Assembly (NCBI RefSeq): GCF_018350175.1
Contig: NC_058368.1
Span: forward strand, 199,146,001-199,210,000
Length of the DNA stretch: 64,000 bases
Source of the DNA: Felis catus
Taxonomy: Eukaryota
Reading direction: 5' to 3'
Shown: one piece after another, positions 39,983 to 53,277 of the stretch
Layout of the letters: each line of letters begins with the position of its first letter
How positions within the stretch are numbered: position 1 is the first letter of the stretch
Made by a program: the position numbers and the translations under genes
The notes under the pieces: generated by a model
Told to the model about the DNA's origin: nothing
Database searches by the model: none
The model's input: only the letters and a program-made list of their open reading frames with translations

Positions 39983-40492
39983 TGGTAAAGAGCAGAACTG
40001 CTGCCCCCAAAAATGCCTTTTTGGCATAAGGATTATTTTGAGCTTGTTATTTTTCAGAAGCAGTAAAATCTCTGAAAATGAAGAAATTGGCCTTTTGTGA
40101 GGGACATTTACATTTATAAGGGAAATCTCCATTTGTAAAGGTGCCTCCCACTCAGTACTAGGAAGAGGAGGAGGACTAAAACTTGGGAAACTCACCAATG
40201 GAGAAGTCTTGAAATTAAATCTGCATAACAATTAAACCCTTGTTTATGGTGCTTTGCCTGATAACCTCCAAACTCACTCTCCCTAGCACCGCCCCCCCAA
40301 TCTTTTGTCTTTAGCTGGAGATAATACTTAAGGTGGTGGCAATGGCCATTTTGGAATTACTCAGTGTTCCTGGGTATATAGGAGGTATAAATGTTATTAA
40401 ACTTGTTTGTTAATCTTTTCATTATGGGGGGGGGCGGAGTCTCAACCAAGAACCTAGAAAGTTAGAGGGAAAATTATTTTTCCTCTCCTAAT
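39983..40492 (+). mobile_element. ERV1-type solo LTR nested in provirus A
   Basis: gagcagaactgctgcccccaaaaatgcctttttggcataaggattattttgagc start, ttattaaac signal, gagggaaaattatttttcctctcc end. It interrupts sequence that is contiguous in provirus B (~58770). Confidence 0.75.
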
Positions 40493-42276
40493 GTGGCAAA
40501 TTAGGCATTCTTGCTACACATAAATAAATAATCAGGTCATTTATTAGCCCAACATTTTGTGATCATAATCTTTCTTTATACTTTTTTTAATCGTAAAAGG
40601 GGAAGAGTGGAAACAAATTCTGTTTCAGTAGAAAATGGCATTAACTATAGCATGCCCTCCCTACCCCTTCCAGGTTAACAGATTCCAGCTTAATTCCTTG
40701 TCTTTCGGCTATTTTATTTCTTTTTAAATTGTATGATAGATATGCAAATTATGTCCTGTGTCCTACTGGTGGTGATTTAATTAACTCCCCTCCCCCACAA
40801 AACCTCCATCTGTCTCTATTTGCATTCCTTTTTTCTACATACTTTGTGCTGTTTTGACTTTTTGAACTGGTTATAACATCTACCTACTTCCTTTATATCA
40901 CATGATAAAATGAATCCTTTAACAAGAACTTTTGTATCTGTAGGAGTCATGATTCCTAGCTTTCAAAACAAAGGCATCTTTTAACAGATGTGTGGATGTG
41001 AGGTTGAGACCCTCATTCGAAGGTTTAAGTTAGGTGGAAGTCCAGACTTTGCTGATGGGGTCTACTTCTGGGATAATTCTAAATCCTACCTCCTTATTTT
41101 CCTGAATCAAGGGCTCGACCTGTCTACTTCCTCCCCTGTTCTACCTTCTATTACTTTGGAGGCAGCTTTTCCTCTCCACCAGACCCACTGTGGACAGAAT
41201 GCAGTTTCACAGTTTATCCTCTATCCTCCTGCTCCTGAAAGAAACCCTCCACTATTTTGAGAATTTCAAAGAGTTTTTATAGCTAACAACAATGAGAAAA
41301 ACACAGGGGGTAAAATGACCTACCAGAGGAAAGTCACAAAGTTTCAAATCAGATCAAACAGGGAAAAGGCCATTTCTGGTTTTCATTAGCATGTAAATGG
41401 TAGTAGATCCTAGTCTTCGACCATTTTTCCACAACTATCTTACTCCTCCTCTCTCTGTGATGCAGCTTCCTTCTCCTCCCCGCCTTCAACCACCTCAGGA
41501 AACACCAGGAAAAGACAAAAGCCACAATGGGTGAGAAAGGTGGGTCTTTTCAGTACACAAAGAACTAAAGTAAGGTTCATCTACATTTCAGAGGAAACCC
41601 CAGATACTCTTTTCTCTTTTTACAAAGAAAGGTTATCTTTGAAGAGTTCCTCTGGAGTATTTGCTGAGCTCAAAGAGGAGACCTTCAGGATGAGGCCCTG
41701 GGGTTAAACCCAAGACACCCAGGGTATTTATATTTACTTAGTGTGTATGTTGGGGGAGGTTGAGAAGTAAGATTTGGCAAAGGGGAAGGTAAGGAGAAGA
41801 GGGGAAGCCACAGGGAGAATAGTATTCGGTCTCTTCTCCTTTCCAACTCCCTAATTCCACAGAACTTTGAAGAAGTGAGGTATGGTAAGAAGAGAGACCT
41901 AAGCAAAACAGAAGCGGGGGTCGGGGGGTGGTAGTTATAGGAGTTATTAAAAGCAGGAAGAAGAGAGCTTCTTTTAGTCTCAGAAATATATTCTTATATA
42001 AAAAGATGAACCTGCACAATACCTTATTTGGTTAAGAAACTGAAAATAGGCGATTAATGGGATTTTGTGGTATACTCTTGGTCTCTTTTAGCTACTTTAT
42101 TTCATCATTATATTATGTGTAACATAAGATTTCCACTTATCCTTCATACTGGGTAAGAGTAAAGAATGGAACTATATTTCTTCAATATAAAATGTGAAAT
42201 CCTCCAAGTTGGATAAGGTTTTCTTATTTCTTACATTAACTATAGAATATAAGTAAAATATTTAGAATCTGTATAC

Positions 42277-42805
42277 TGATGTGGAGAACAAGGCAAAAGA
42301 AAAAAAATTACAGTTCCTTAAAACTTACAACCCACTGACAAGTACTTGGGACAGGCAGGGTGACCTTCCTCCAGGAACTCAACTGCCTTAATGTTAATAC
42401 TTTGCTAGAAACAAAAGGCAACCTTAGCTTGACATTACCCCGACCTCCAGGATACTGTAAAAATCTCTTTGGAAACTTCCTTTATCTCTATAACCCCAAG
42501 ATATATGTCAGCAATCATCCTCCAAGCATAAGGCCTACTGATACATGTCTGAAGGGTCTCAAGGCTTAAGTTTTTACTAGACAATAGTAAATGACCTTTT
42601 CCTAACAGCAGCCCCTCAAGGTCTTAGAAATCTTGTTTCCAAATTCCTCAGAGGCTTATGCTATCCTGAGCCCCCTCCCAACTTGAAAGTGCAGCTATTT
42701 CTGCCCATGGGTCCTATTTCCCTGCTTTAATAAAACCACCTTTTTGCACCAAAGACATCAAGAATCTTTGATTATTCGTTCCCGAACCCCAATATTTTCA
42801 CATCA
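42277..42805 (+). mobile_element. ERV solo LTR
   Basis: 7-bp terminal inverted repeat TGATGTG...CACATCA, flanks tatac/tataa, AATAAA at ~42729. Confidence 0.85.
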
Positions 42806-42884
42806 TATAACAATGTATATTCTGTATACTGCTAAATACTATAGATTAGTGCTGTCCAATAGAAACAATGTAAATCACATATAA

Positions 42885-44093
42885 TTTTTTTTGAACACCA
42901 GAACTTTAATTATTGTAAGGAGTGATAAAATTTGATACAGGTTATAATGACATTATATTTGATTTTTCAAGGTTAGTGAAATTATACCTACATTAATAAT
43001 TCTGAATGTCCTATAGGTACATTAGGAAGTATCTAAAATAAGGCAAATATAATGGAGTTTAATTAACAAGTTCTCAACTATTATGATAGCTTTCAGAATA
43101 GCAAAGTATGTAATTGACCAAGTTGAATGAACATTTCCTTTTTGTATTTATATATAAGAGATACAAAAGAAAATAATATACATTTCCTGCGTATATCTAT
43201 CTATAAGCCTTCCATATAAGACTTCTGTAGATAATCCTGCCTGATTGTCCACTACACCCATGCTTACCTCAAGCTACAAGGCTCTGCATAATGACTCTTG
43301 TCTACCCCCTACGTCTCATTTCCTGGAATTCATGTCCTCACTCTGCCCTAGCTGATTCTTCTAGTTCCTTGATGCACTCTTTTCTACCTCAGAACAGATT
43401 ATTTCTCTCCTGCTCTAGATCCTACTTTTCCAAATCTTACGCCTGAAAGGCCATTCAGGGAAGTCTCATCATTCTTTTTCTTTTTCTTTAAATCATCATT
43501 GATTTTTGCTGTCCATGTTTTCAGAGCTTCCTTCCTTCTTTGGTGCCTAAACTGGGTTCCATGGAGAGAGAGAGAAAAGTACCTGTTCAACAAGTCTGTC
43601 ACACTTTGAATCCTGGTAGGTATATTGTGCCTCTGATCTGAAAGACAGAACTTCAGTAGTTCTAATAACTTTTGACGCTTAACCAAGAGGGCTCAAGCCC
43701 AGTCCATATGGCAGAAATGTAAATGGATGCATATGGTTGGTATATCACTTCCTGTATCATCCTCTTTTTATTTTCCACAGATGAATTTTCTCATTGAAAG
43801 CACCTTCTGAATCTGGCTATGAAACAAAAACTTCTGAGCTTATGAATGAAGTTCTGTATTTTCTGGGGACTAAACATGGATTTTCTGTAGTAGCTAATGA
43901 ACACTATTTTATCATTCCAGATTTTCCTGAATCTAATCACCTAAGCAATATTCACACTCCTTTAAGAAGCCAACATTGACAAAACATTGGAGCTGATGTG
44001 AGTTTTGGATAATTCTTCCTTTTTTTACTAGCTCATGTTTATAGTTACTCCAATAGGATAGGGATGCAAGCATATAAACAGGTTATCTGGTTG
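42885..44093 (-). pseudogene. Unidentified processed retro-insertion (~1.2 kb), same orientation as NDUFS4
   Basis: Poly(T) at 42885-42892, ATTAAA on the minus strand at 42905-42910, direct repeat aatcacatata at 42873-42883 and 44094-44104, and interruption of a MER33. Confidence 0.7.
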
Positions 44094-44119
44094 AATCACA
44101 TATATTCTAAAATTTTCAG

Positions 44120-44220
44120 TTTGTTTATTTAAGTAATCTTTACACCCAATGCGGGGCTTGAACTCATGAGCCCGAGATCAACAGCTGCATGTTCTTCTGA
44201 CTGAGCCAGCCAGGTGCCCC
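44120..44220 (-). mobile_element. Short old CanSINE
   Basis: ctgagccagccaggtgcccc head. Confidence 0.85.
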
Positions 44221-45625
44221 AGTATAACTTTAAGCTTTCTAGTAGCCACTTTAACAAATGACTAAAGAAATAGTAGAAAAAAAAAAAAAAGAAAGAGGTA
44301 GAATTTATTTCAATCCTCTTTTCCTACCCCAATACATAATCAATATAAAAACTTAGATATTAACACCAAGTCTTTGAAATACAGGGAATATTTTACACTT
44401 ACAGCACATTTTAATTTGCACAAGACACATTTCAAGTGCTATACAGACACATGTGGCTACCATATTGGACAGTGCTGACCTAATGATTAAGATCTACTAG
44501 CAGCATAGTATAAAAAATACTGCACTTGAAATTTAGGAACTCGGGCTCTATCAGTTAAGAGCTATGTGATTGATCTGGTCTTGTTTTATTAACTTCTAGG
44601 CCTCTATATCCTTAAAAAAGAGTTTAGAACAAATAACATACACCTTGGAAAACAGCTCTAACGTTATGAAATCATCATCTTAAGTACACTGGGATATACT
44701 TAAGTTTATCCATTAATAAACTCAGGATAAGCTCCAAATTAGAAAAACATTGGTTGTATTTTACCAACACATCAGAATATAAGAGATTGTTAATCATTCT
44801 ACTACAATTTCCTTTCTCCAGATTTCTAGTTACAGGGAGTTAATTGTAATAAAAGGCATAACAAGTAGCCAAATAAAAGTGATTTACAGAAAAGTTAAAA
44901 CATGATTTGGAGAACAATTTATAAGACATCCAAATGTATAGTTCAAACTCACCAATATTTATTGAGCACATTAAAAGATGAGTGGAACTGGATGTTTTTT
45001 CCCATGGAGGTGCTTATAATCCAGGAGAAAATATTAAGTTTGATAAAATATTAACAGTCTGAGTACAAGGACAGGCCTTATTTAACTACTGATCCCCAGA
45101 CCAGCCACCAGTGCCAGCAACAATAGTGTGTGATGGAATGCAACACAAAAAATACAAAACAGTACTATAAAAGCTGTAAGAAAGGAATAAATCATTGTGG
45201 GAGTTAAAAGGAAGAGAGAAAGTGTATCCAGGAGGGGGTGGGAGATGGAGGTGGGAAAGGAAAATAAGAAAAGGGACCGAGAAAGAGTTAATGTTTAAAC
45301 TATATTTTGAAGGCTAGATCCCAGTTCTTGACAGCAATAAGTATGAGAAAGGGAACAGCATGAGTCAGGTTATAGATGAGAGAAAGGATCTAGCAAGCCT
45401 GGCGATAAGGGCAGAAAGAAGAATTGGGACACAGTAAAAGAAAGCTAGGTCAGTGCTCCAGTGATGTTAGTGCTTACATTGTGAACTTTAAATTATCAGT
45501 TGAGAAGCATATTTCTTAAGCACAGGCCCTACACGATGTCTGAATAAAGAATATTTTGGATTTAGAAAACGTCACAGAGGAAAGAGTGTTGGTATTCAGA
45601 CAGTGTGTGTGTGTAATGGTTTGGA

Positions 45626-45790
45626 CCATGGGTCAATAACTATTTTCTGCAAATGGCCAAAAACAAAATATTTCTAGACTTTGGGGGCCATATGGTCTCC
45701 ATTACAACTCTTTAACTTTACTATTGCAGCTGAAGAACAGTTAAAGACAATACATAAATGAATGACTACGACTGTGTTCAAATAAAACTT
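45626..45790 (+). mobile_element. MER58-like hAT element, followed by a MIR at ~45800-45970
   Basis: gggggccatatggtctcc...acaactc...gacaatacataaatgaatg...aataaaactt. Confidence 0.7.
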
Positions 45791-48700
45791 GCTCATTCAC
45801 TTATAGGTATTATGACCTTGTTAGCTAACGTTACTTAAGGTCTCTAAAACCTCAGTTTCCTTGATCTACAAAATGGGGATAATAACTGTTCACGCTTCAT
45901 AGACTTGCGTGAGGATCAAATGAGAAGGATGAAAAGCACTAAGCATAGTGACAAACGCATGCCTTATTAGCTTTTGTGATGATGATACTCATTACCTGAG
46001 TCTGAAATATAATTAGAAGGCATTAAAAATGGTTTCTAGGAAGCAAATGAATCTGGAAATCTTGTTCCTTACTGTACTCATTCTCTACAATACAATCTTT
46101 TACGTCAAAGACATTGATGGTCATGACTTTTCTTAAAACCATTTAAAAGTAAGGGAAACAAAACTAAGAATGGGATGAAGGGTATAGGTTGTTCATTTTT
46201 GGAATAGTCCCTGAGTATATAAACTAACCTCCTATTTCTAGATATGCCCAAAAGGCAAACATTTAATAGGATACACTTTGCCAGGTTTTTTTTGTTTATT
46301 CATATCAACAAAAACACATTTTCCCCCTAGAGCATATAATGAATAAGGTACTGGGCTAAAAAGAGACATAACCTTATGTCTATAGGCTTTGTGCATTACC
46401 CATCCAACTTCTCATTTCAAAGATGAAGATATATGTTTATCAAAAGTATAGTGAAACATGACTTGCTCAAGATCTCCTGTGAAGCTGACAGTTATGGAAT
46501 GAGAATCCTAATTACCAGCCTCTTAATCCAATAGTCTTTACATATTAGTGCTTCTAAACCATTTCTTCTTAATGTTGTTACTAACCAGAACATTGGTTCA
46601 CCCAACCTTCACCAGCATTAGTTCACAATGGAATGATGTTAGGTGTGGGAGGAGAGGGGATCCATTTGTATGTCCCCACATTATCCACCCACCCAAGAGA
46701 GGCAAATCAGAATGGGTAAGATGTGGGTAATTTGGGATTCTGTACCGTTTCAATGATTTGCTGCCTCAATAACTAGAGAAATAGGACTTTATATATATAA
46801 AATCTCTTTACATGATATATAATACTGAATGTTCAATAAATGAGACAGATCACAAGTAATACAGTGAATTCAGGGGTGTAATAATCAGTGAGAACTCTCT
46901 CAGATGAGTAGAAAGATGTATTTTAGAAAGTCAATTAATTTTACCACATATCACATGTCCATTATATAGGTTTTGTGCTAGGTGCTGAGGACAAAGCAGT
47001 GACTAAGACAGATAGAATTCCTACTACCTTGTAGGTTAAAATTCCTGACCCACTATTAGTCTACAGTATTATAAGATACTCTCCATTAAACTTTTTTAAG
47101 TTAACACTGTTTACTGACTTTGATAATGTTCCTCAGTTTTCTTTCCCAGGGAGGTAGAAATCAAAGTGGGAAAGCACCTGATTTCAACAGCAGCAGCTAG
47201 TTCACACCTGCAATTCACATGACAACTGTAGTCATGCAGTCCTGGTGACCACTTAGACATTAACCAGAGATTTAACAATTTAATTAGATTTCCTGTTATT
47301 AAACTCACATTACAGACCTCAAATGAATAATTTTCAAGGTGTCAGACATGAAATATGGTAGGCTGCAAAGATGGAAAACATTAATAGAACTGCTTTTGAT
47401 AAGCTATATTACAGTTTAATTAAAAAGCAATTTAATTTAAATCAAAATAATATCTTAAAGACTATGACCACCATGAGAATAATTATGTAATTAAGAAATT
47501 TGGAAATTGCCAAGAACATGTTAATAAGGAGCTTCATTTACAAATTTTTTTTTTAAGTTTTAAAAAGCCTACTACAAAGTCTAAGATAAACTTATGTACA
47601 ATTATAACTTAACTATGTTCTAAGCACTTCTATTAATGAAGGCAATCCTCAATTCCCACTGTACATAAGAGAAAATGGAAGCACAAGACATACAAATAAT
47701 AGGAGACCAACATGGATCCAAAGGCCAGGCAGTTTGGCTTCACACTCTTAATCATAAGCTACATAATACTAAGGGTAAAGTGAATATTTTAGATAATAAT
47801 ATATGTCAAATATGTTACAGAACACTAATAATCTTTTACATTGATCTACTGCATTATAGTAACAATATACTTAAATAGACATGATCTCATTCAAATAGAT
47901 AGTTTAGATTCAAATTCAGTTTGACCAACTGGAACAAAAGAATGCATTAGGTACAAATATATAGTAGTGCTTTTAAATCCAAAGGAGACAAACAGAAATA
48001 TCAGATGGAGAGAGGTAAGGGTCAGAACTAATAAGATACAAAGTAACAAGTACCATGACTTCAACCATGAGAAAACGTTAAGTCCATTATGAAATTAATC
48101 CAAAATCATATAGCTTCAGAGTAGCATAACAAGGATCAGAATTCAGACTGGACTGACTCCCATGACTGACCACCATGTTGCATGGCTTAATAGAAAATGA
48201 GGAGAAAAGAATTGGCATTTTCATTGATAGCAATATCAACATAAAGAAATTTTAGGTGGCTACCTCAAAAACTAATACGGTCTTAGGCTGCATTAATCTA
48301 ATATTAGAGTTCAGATTATGCTTGGTACTATCCCCACCATATCTAGAAAAGTAGCAAACATTTAGGCTTACATGAAATTTTATAGAGAATAAGGTAATGA
48401 TAACTGTTTTTCAAATAATGGAAGAGCTATTAGGCAGAATTATAGATTTGAGATTTTGGCTCAAAGTAATAAAGAAAATAATAAACAGAGGTATCAACTG
48501 GGACAGGCTATCTTATGAGATGTTCAATGAGTTCAAAAACCAAATGTTAGTAATTCTGCAGAGGGAGCCATAAACAAGGTAGGAGTAGGAGAAATAGTTT
48601 TTCTCCCTGCTTCTATTTCAAATTAGGGAAGTTTGGCTTTTATGTGTTATGTGGGCATTCTATTTTAGATTTTTTTTTACATGGGGGAGGTGTTTTGATG

Positions 48701-48858
48701 GTGTAAAAAATCTAAAAACCACGGGATTAGACAGACCTACTACAAGATTTCTTTCAACTCAAATTCTGTATTCCTGACTGATTTTGATTAAGGTCAAGAA
48801 CATAAAATCTTACTTTCATTTTATTTGTCAAAGCAAAACAAATATAACCTAAACATAC

Positions 48859-48932
48859 CATTTTTTTCTGCAAAGGCAGCTGCATCTTCTTTAGTACTGA
48901 AGGTCAGAACCATGTTGGACAAGGGATCAGCC
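48859..48932 (-). CDS. NDUFS4: NDUFS4 coding exon 4 (74 nt)
   Basis: tcttacag|G GCT GAT CCC...AAA AAT G|gtatgt translates (T)[24 protein letters not shown](G). Phase is consistent with exons 3 and 5. Confidence 0.98.
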
Positions 48933-49171
48933 CTGTAAGAGACCATTTTTTTCCAGGATTTAACATTAAATATATATTTTAAAATATATATGTAAAATCA
49001 ACTAAAACGTTTAGAAAATAAACAGCTGCTGTATGAGATAAGTATACTACTGATGAAATACCTTGTTTCAAACAGTCTCTTTAAAACTTAACTCTTTGAA
49101 TGTCATCTTTTCCTGTGTAAAACTGAGATTTTCTAACCTGTATTGTCAAATTAAAAAATTTGTAACTGCAA

Positions 49172-49385
49172 GGGTGCCTGGGTGGCTCAGTTGGTTAAGC
49201 GTTTGACTTTGGGCTCAGGTCATGATCTCATGCTTCATGGGTTTGAGGCCCCTCTTGGGCTCTGTGCTGACAGCTCAGAGCCTGGAGCCTGCATCATATT
49301 TTATGCCTCCTTCTCTCTCTGTCCTTCCCCACTTGCACTCTCTCTCTCTCTCTCTCAAATATAAATAAAACATTAAAAAAAAAAT
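49172..49385 (+). mobile_element. CanSINE
   Basis: TSD gtaactgcaa. Confidence 0.92.
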
Positions 49386-49876
49386 AGTAACTGCAAAGAC
49401 ATTCAGCAATTTTTTTACTCCTTAATCAAATCATTTATTCAACTCTTCAAAAAAAAATAGAAATGAATTAAAAAAAAAACAAGAGAATTCTTAAACTGAC
49501 CTTATAAATTTATTACCAAGAAAATTACTGGTGAGTGCAACTGTAAGTACTACTATCATTACCCCCCCCCCCAATAGATGGCAACAACACCCACTCTTCT
49601 AATGAACCTTCTATCATTATGGGCAATAAGCATATGGCCACATGACAAAATAAAGCTCCAAGAATTGACATCTAATTGAGTTCCTCAATCTAAGAAAGGG
49701 TAATATTTACAAATCTACACAGACTCTTCACAAGCTGCCATACATATAACTTCAGAAATATCAGTTTTATTAGTACATTTATAAAAAGGTAGAACACTGT
49801 TTGCTACAAATGTTTATTATGAATCTCTCAATGGTGAATATAGCATTCGGTGAAACATCGTGTAGAAATGTGGAAC

Positions 49877-50082
49877 GGGCACCTGGGTAGCTCAGCCGTT
49901 TGAACATCTGACTCTTGATCTTGGCTCAGATCATGGTTTCTTGGTTCGTGGGATCGAGACTCACATTGTGCTCTGGAACCATAGAGCCTGCTTGGGATTC
50001 TTTCTTTCTCCCTCCCTCCATCTACCCCTCTTATGTGCATGCCCAATGTCTCTCTCTCTAAAAATAAATAAATATACTTTAA
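49877..50082 (+). mobile_element. CanSINE
   Basis: TSD aaatgtggaa. Confidence 0.9.
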
Positions 50083-50437
50083 AAATGTGGAAGTAAAAAA
50101 TAAGATTTAGGAAGTAATATGGATAGTGGGAAGGTATGAGATATACACTGAAGACAATATATGGGAAGCAGCCCTCAATGAAATGAAGACTCACAAATTG
50201 CTGAAGTTGCAGTCATCCACTATGGTTACTGTTCTGGGGCTCCTTATGAGATCCTATGATATGTATTCTTACCATACCACTTCCCCCACCTTGTAAGCAA
50301 AAGAACTTCATGTTAGTTAGCCGTATTAGCACCAATAATGAATAATAATTTTATATCGATCCCTCCTCTTCAAAGCACATATGATTTCTCAGTTGATAGT
50401 TTAGAGAAACTATACTGAGAACAAAAGGGTCAACAAA

Positions 50438-50835
50438 GGGTGCCTGGGTAGCTTAGTCAGTTAAGCGTCTGACTCTAATTTCAGCTCAGGTCATGATCTC
50501 ATGGTTTGTGAGTTCGAGCCCCATGACAGGCTCTACGCTGACAGTGCAGAGCCTGTTTGAGATTCTTCCCCGCTCACTCTCTCACAAGATAAACTTTTAA
50601 AAAATAGCATTGTCCTGGGGTGAGTGGGTGGCTCAGTCAGTTGAGCACCTGACTTTGGCTTAAGTCATGATCTCACTGCTGGTGGGTTTGAGCCCCCCAC
50701 ATTGGGCTCTGTGCTGACAACTCAGAGCCTAGAGCCTGCTTCAAATTCTCTTGTCTCCTTCTCTCTGCCTGTCTCTGTCTCTCTGTCTCTCTCTCTCTCT
50801 CTCAAAAATAAAAGAAACATCCTCTATTAAAAATA
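50438..50835 (+). mobile_element. Two tandem CanSINEs (50438-50605 and 50617-50818)
   Basis: Two heads and two tails, with the outer repeat ggtcaaca flanking both. Confidence 0.88.
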
Positions 50836-51639
50836 AATGGTCAACATAAATATGATCCAGTAATTTGGTGAGTGTTGTCATTCATGTCAGCTTAGCTGAG
50901 AATAGGAAACAAAAAAAACTGTAGGGAAAACTCAGGAGCCAGGAGCTCTCCTTTCTGCAAAGGTGGTACAGCTTTTATTCTTCTCACTTTATTTCTGAAG
51001 AATTACACACGTAGGTTAACAGTAACAACTTGTATCAGTTTCCATCCTTTTCCTTCTCTACTATGTTGCGCAATTCTTCTCTAAGAATGTTGCCACCACC
51101 AGTCACACCACCAGTCACCCTTTCTCCTTCCTCAAACTTCCGATTCTTTCCTAACTAATCTTTCTGCCTCCTTTCCTGACTCCAATCTACCCTTCATCTT
51201 GTTGCCAGATTAATTTTCCTCAAGTTCAACTCTCAAACTCATTGTCCAACTTTAAAACTTAAAATAGTTCCCACTGTCTACCAAATTAATTTCAAAATCT
51301 CCTACATTTTGGCATTCAAGCCCTTCTACAATATGATCAAAACCCACACTTTCCAGTCTTCTTTTTAATTATTTCCCTTGAAAGTAACAAACTGTTCAAA
51401 CAGATTGCTAAGTGTTCCTCTGAAGGCAACCTATACGTTCCCACCAGCTGAATCTGTTCCTTCCACTAGGAATACAGAGGGAGACCAGAACACATCAGCA
51501 TATCAAAGTCCATCTCAACCATCTCTCGGTCTGCAATGAATACCAATCTTTTACATGAAGTCTTTTACAGTTTACCCTCCTCCATCTATAAATAATCTCT
51601 TTTTAATCTTTACCAAATATAATCTGTACTTCTATACTT

Positions 51640-51778
51640 ATTTTAAGTTATTTTTTGAGAGAGAAAGAGGGAAAGAGAATCCCAAGCAGGCTTGAATGCA
51701 GGCTTGAACCCACAAATTGTGAGAGCATGACCTGAGCTGAATTCGGATGCTTAACTGACTGAGCCACTCAGCCGCCCC
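51640..51778 (-). mobile_element. CanSINE (shortened)
   Basis: TSD-like ctgtact(t/c)ctat. Confidence 0.85.
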
Positions 51779-52992
51779 TGTACTCCTATTTTTAAACTTT
51801 ATTTGCTCAATTCCCAATTACTGAGGTTCCAATTTGGATAATGGCAGATTTACCTGTCATTAAAATCAGACTTACCTGCCTAACAATTACATAATTATAA
51901 ACTATGGACAAAACAAAATGAAAAACCAACTGTTTGAAGGGAACAGAGTGACCAAAAGCAGGAAAGAAAATGAAGAATTGAACCTTGGAAAGAAGGGAAA
52001 CACAACGGTTTAGATAAGTTGATACTGTTTTTTCCTTAAAGGTACTCTCTGGTGTAGATAGCTAGGACCATCAAGAAGTCAAGCAGAAAGCCAGTCTTAT
52101 TAGCACAAGGAATCTGGAGAGAGTGTTTACGATTGCCAGAGCTGCTGGCAAGTTAGGGGAAGAAACAGTGAAAAGGAGGAATCTGAAGAGGAGGGAAATT
52201 CTGAACTGCACACAAATGGACAAGACTCTCAACAACTGAGAAGGCTGAAACAACTAGGCAGAGGTTTCAACTGCTGTTTACTTGCTACAGGGAAGACTAA
52301 GTCTGGAGCCCCACAGACTTAGAAGGACTTGGTAAGTACTTCGTACTTTCCAACAAAACCTCAAAAGAGCCATGCCTTTTTATTTTCTAACACTGTGTTC
52401 TAGGGCTAAGACCAGAGTAAAATTGAAACAGACCCACCCTAACAAAGCAAAACATATATCCTCCATAAATTCAAGGTAATCTATCAGTCACTGCACTGTC
52501 TGCTAAAACAAAACTTATCTCATAACCAGCGTCATTAACTGAATAGGCATAAGGATAGAGAATTAAAGAATGGTACTGAATAGAAATTCATTTGATCAGG
52601 GGTCAATCAGCATATTAATATGAAGTCATAGGTTCACCAAGAGATATGTATAAGAATCTTCATTTTAAGTATTATAATAACCCCCAATTGAAAATTGTTA
52701 TAAAAGATAGCAGGCCCAAAATGGAGTCATTTGTGTTTAGCAAATCAAAACTTCATACCTAATTGCAATTTCAATCTCTCTCAAGAATGTAATCTTAAAA
52801 TAGTCAATCTGGAATAATAATCAGAGAGATGAGGAGATCTGCTGTTTCCTTATCCTTGCCTCCTATATTTTGCACAGCATTTTGAAGCTTCTTTGTATTT
52901 GCTACATGGAATGCTGCTGGATTCATGAATAACTGAATAAAAGCCAATTTGATCTTTAAATTTACTCAGTTGAATTTTGTTTTTAACAGATT

Positions 52993-53010
52993 TGGTGGCA
53001 GCTATGGGAT
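52993..53010 (+). promoter_or_regulatory. Primer-binding site complementary to tRNA-Leu
   Basis: TGGTGGCAGCTATGGGAT versus recalled TGGTGGCAGCGGTGGGAT (16/18), 4 nt after the LTR-terminal CA at 52988. Confidence 0.75.
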
Positions 53011-53095
53011 ATGAAGCAAACTTCTGATGGCATTTAGGGACAATGAGAAACAGGGGCGGTACCCACGAATCCTTTTGAGTTCTTGGTCTTTTCAC

Positions 53096-53277
53096 TTTTT
53101 TTTTTTTTTTTTTTTTGAGATAGAGGGTGGAAGTGAGTAAGGGGCAGAGAGAGAGAAGCACAGCTCACCCCAAGTGGGGCTCAAGCTCACCCAATGTGGG
53201 AACTTGAACTCATGAACTGTGAGATCATGACCTGAGCCAAAATCAGATGCTTAACGACTGAGCCACTCAGGCACCCT
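53096..53277 (-). mobile_element. CanSINE variant with an internal duplicated segment
   Basis: gctcaccccaagtggggctcaa followed by gctcacccaatgtggg. Confidence 0.88.

Larger units (their letters stand above)
34680..41560 (+). mobile_element. Decayed ERV1-like provirus A in NDUFS4 intron 4, antisense to the gene
   Basis: LTR-end-like ...ctaaca at 34930 followed by a PBS-like TGGAGGTCCCATTGAGAC. The AT-rich internal region shares segments with provirus B (e.g. gagattccttatgaaa at ~39932 and ~58725). PPT-like aaaaacacaggggg at ~41297-41310. Boundaries are uncertain. Confidence 0.6.
42848..44478 (+). mobile_element. MER33-like hAT-Charlie element split by the retro-insertion and a SINE
   Basis: Left end agtgctgtccaatagaaa at ~42848, right end tattggacagtgctg at ~44463-44477, and internal ttttacacttacagcaca...catttcaagtgct. 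Confidence 0.85.

Noticed and set aside
43399..43686. Kinase C-lobe-like look of LLELLKFCLSDQRHNIPT
   Set aside because: No HRD, DFG or APE motifs were seen upstream, so the resemblance is too weak to name a product.
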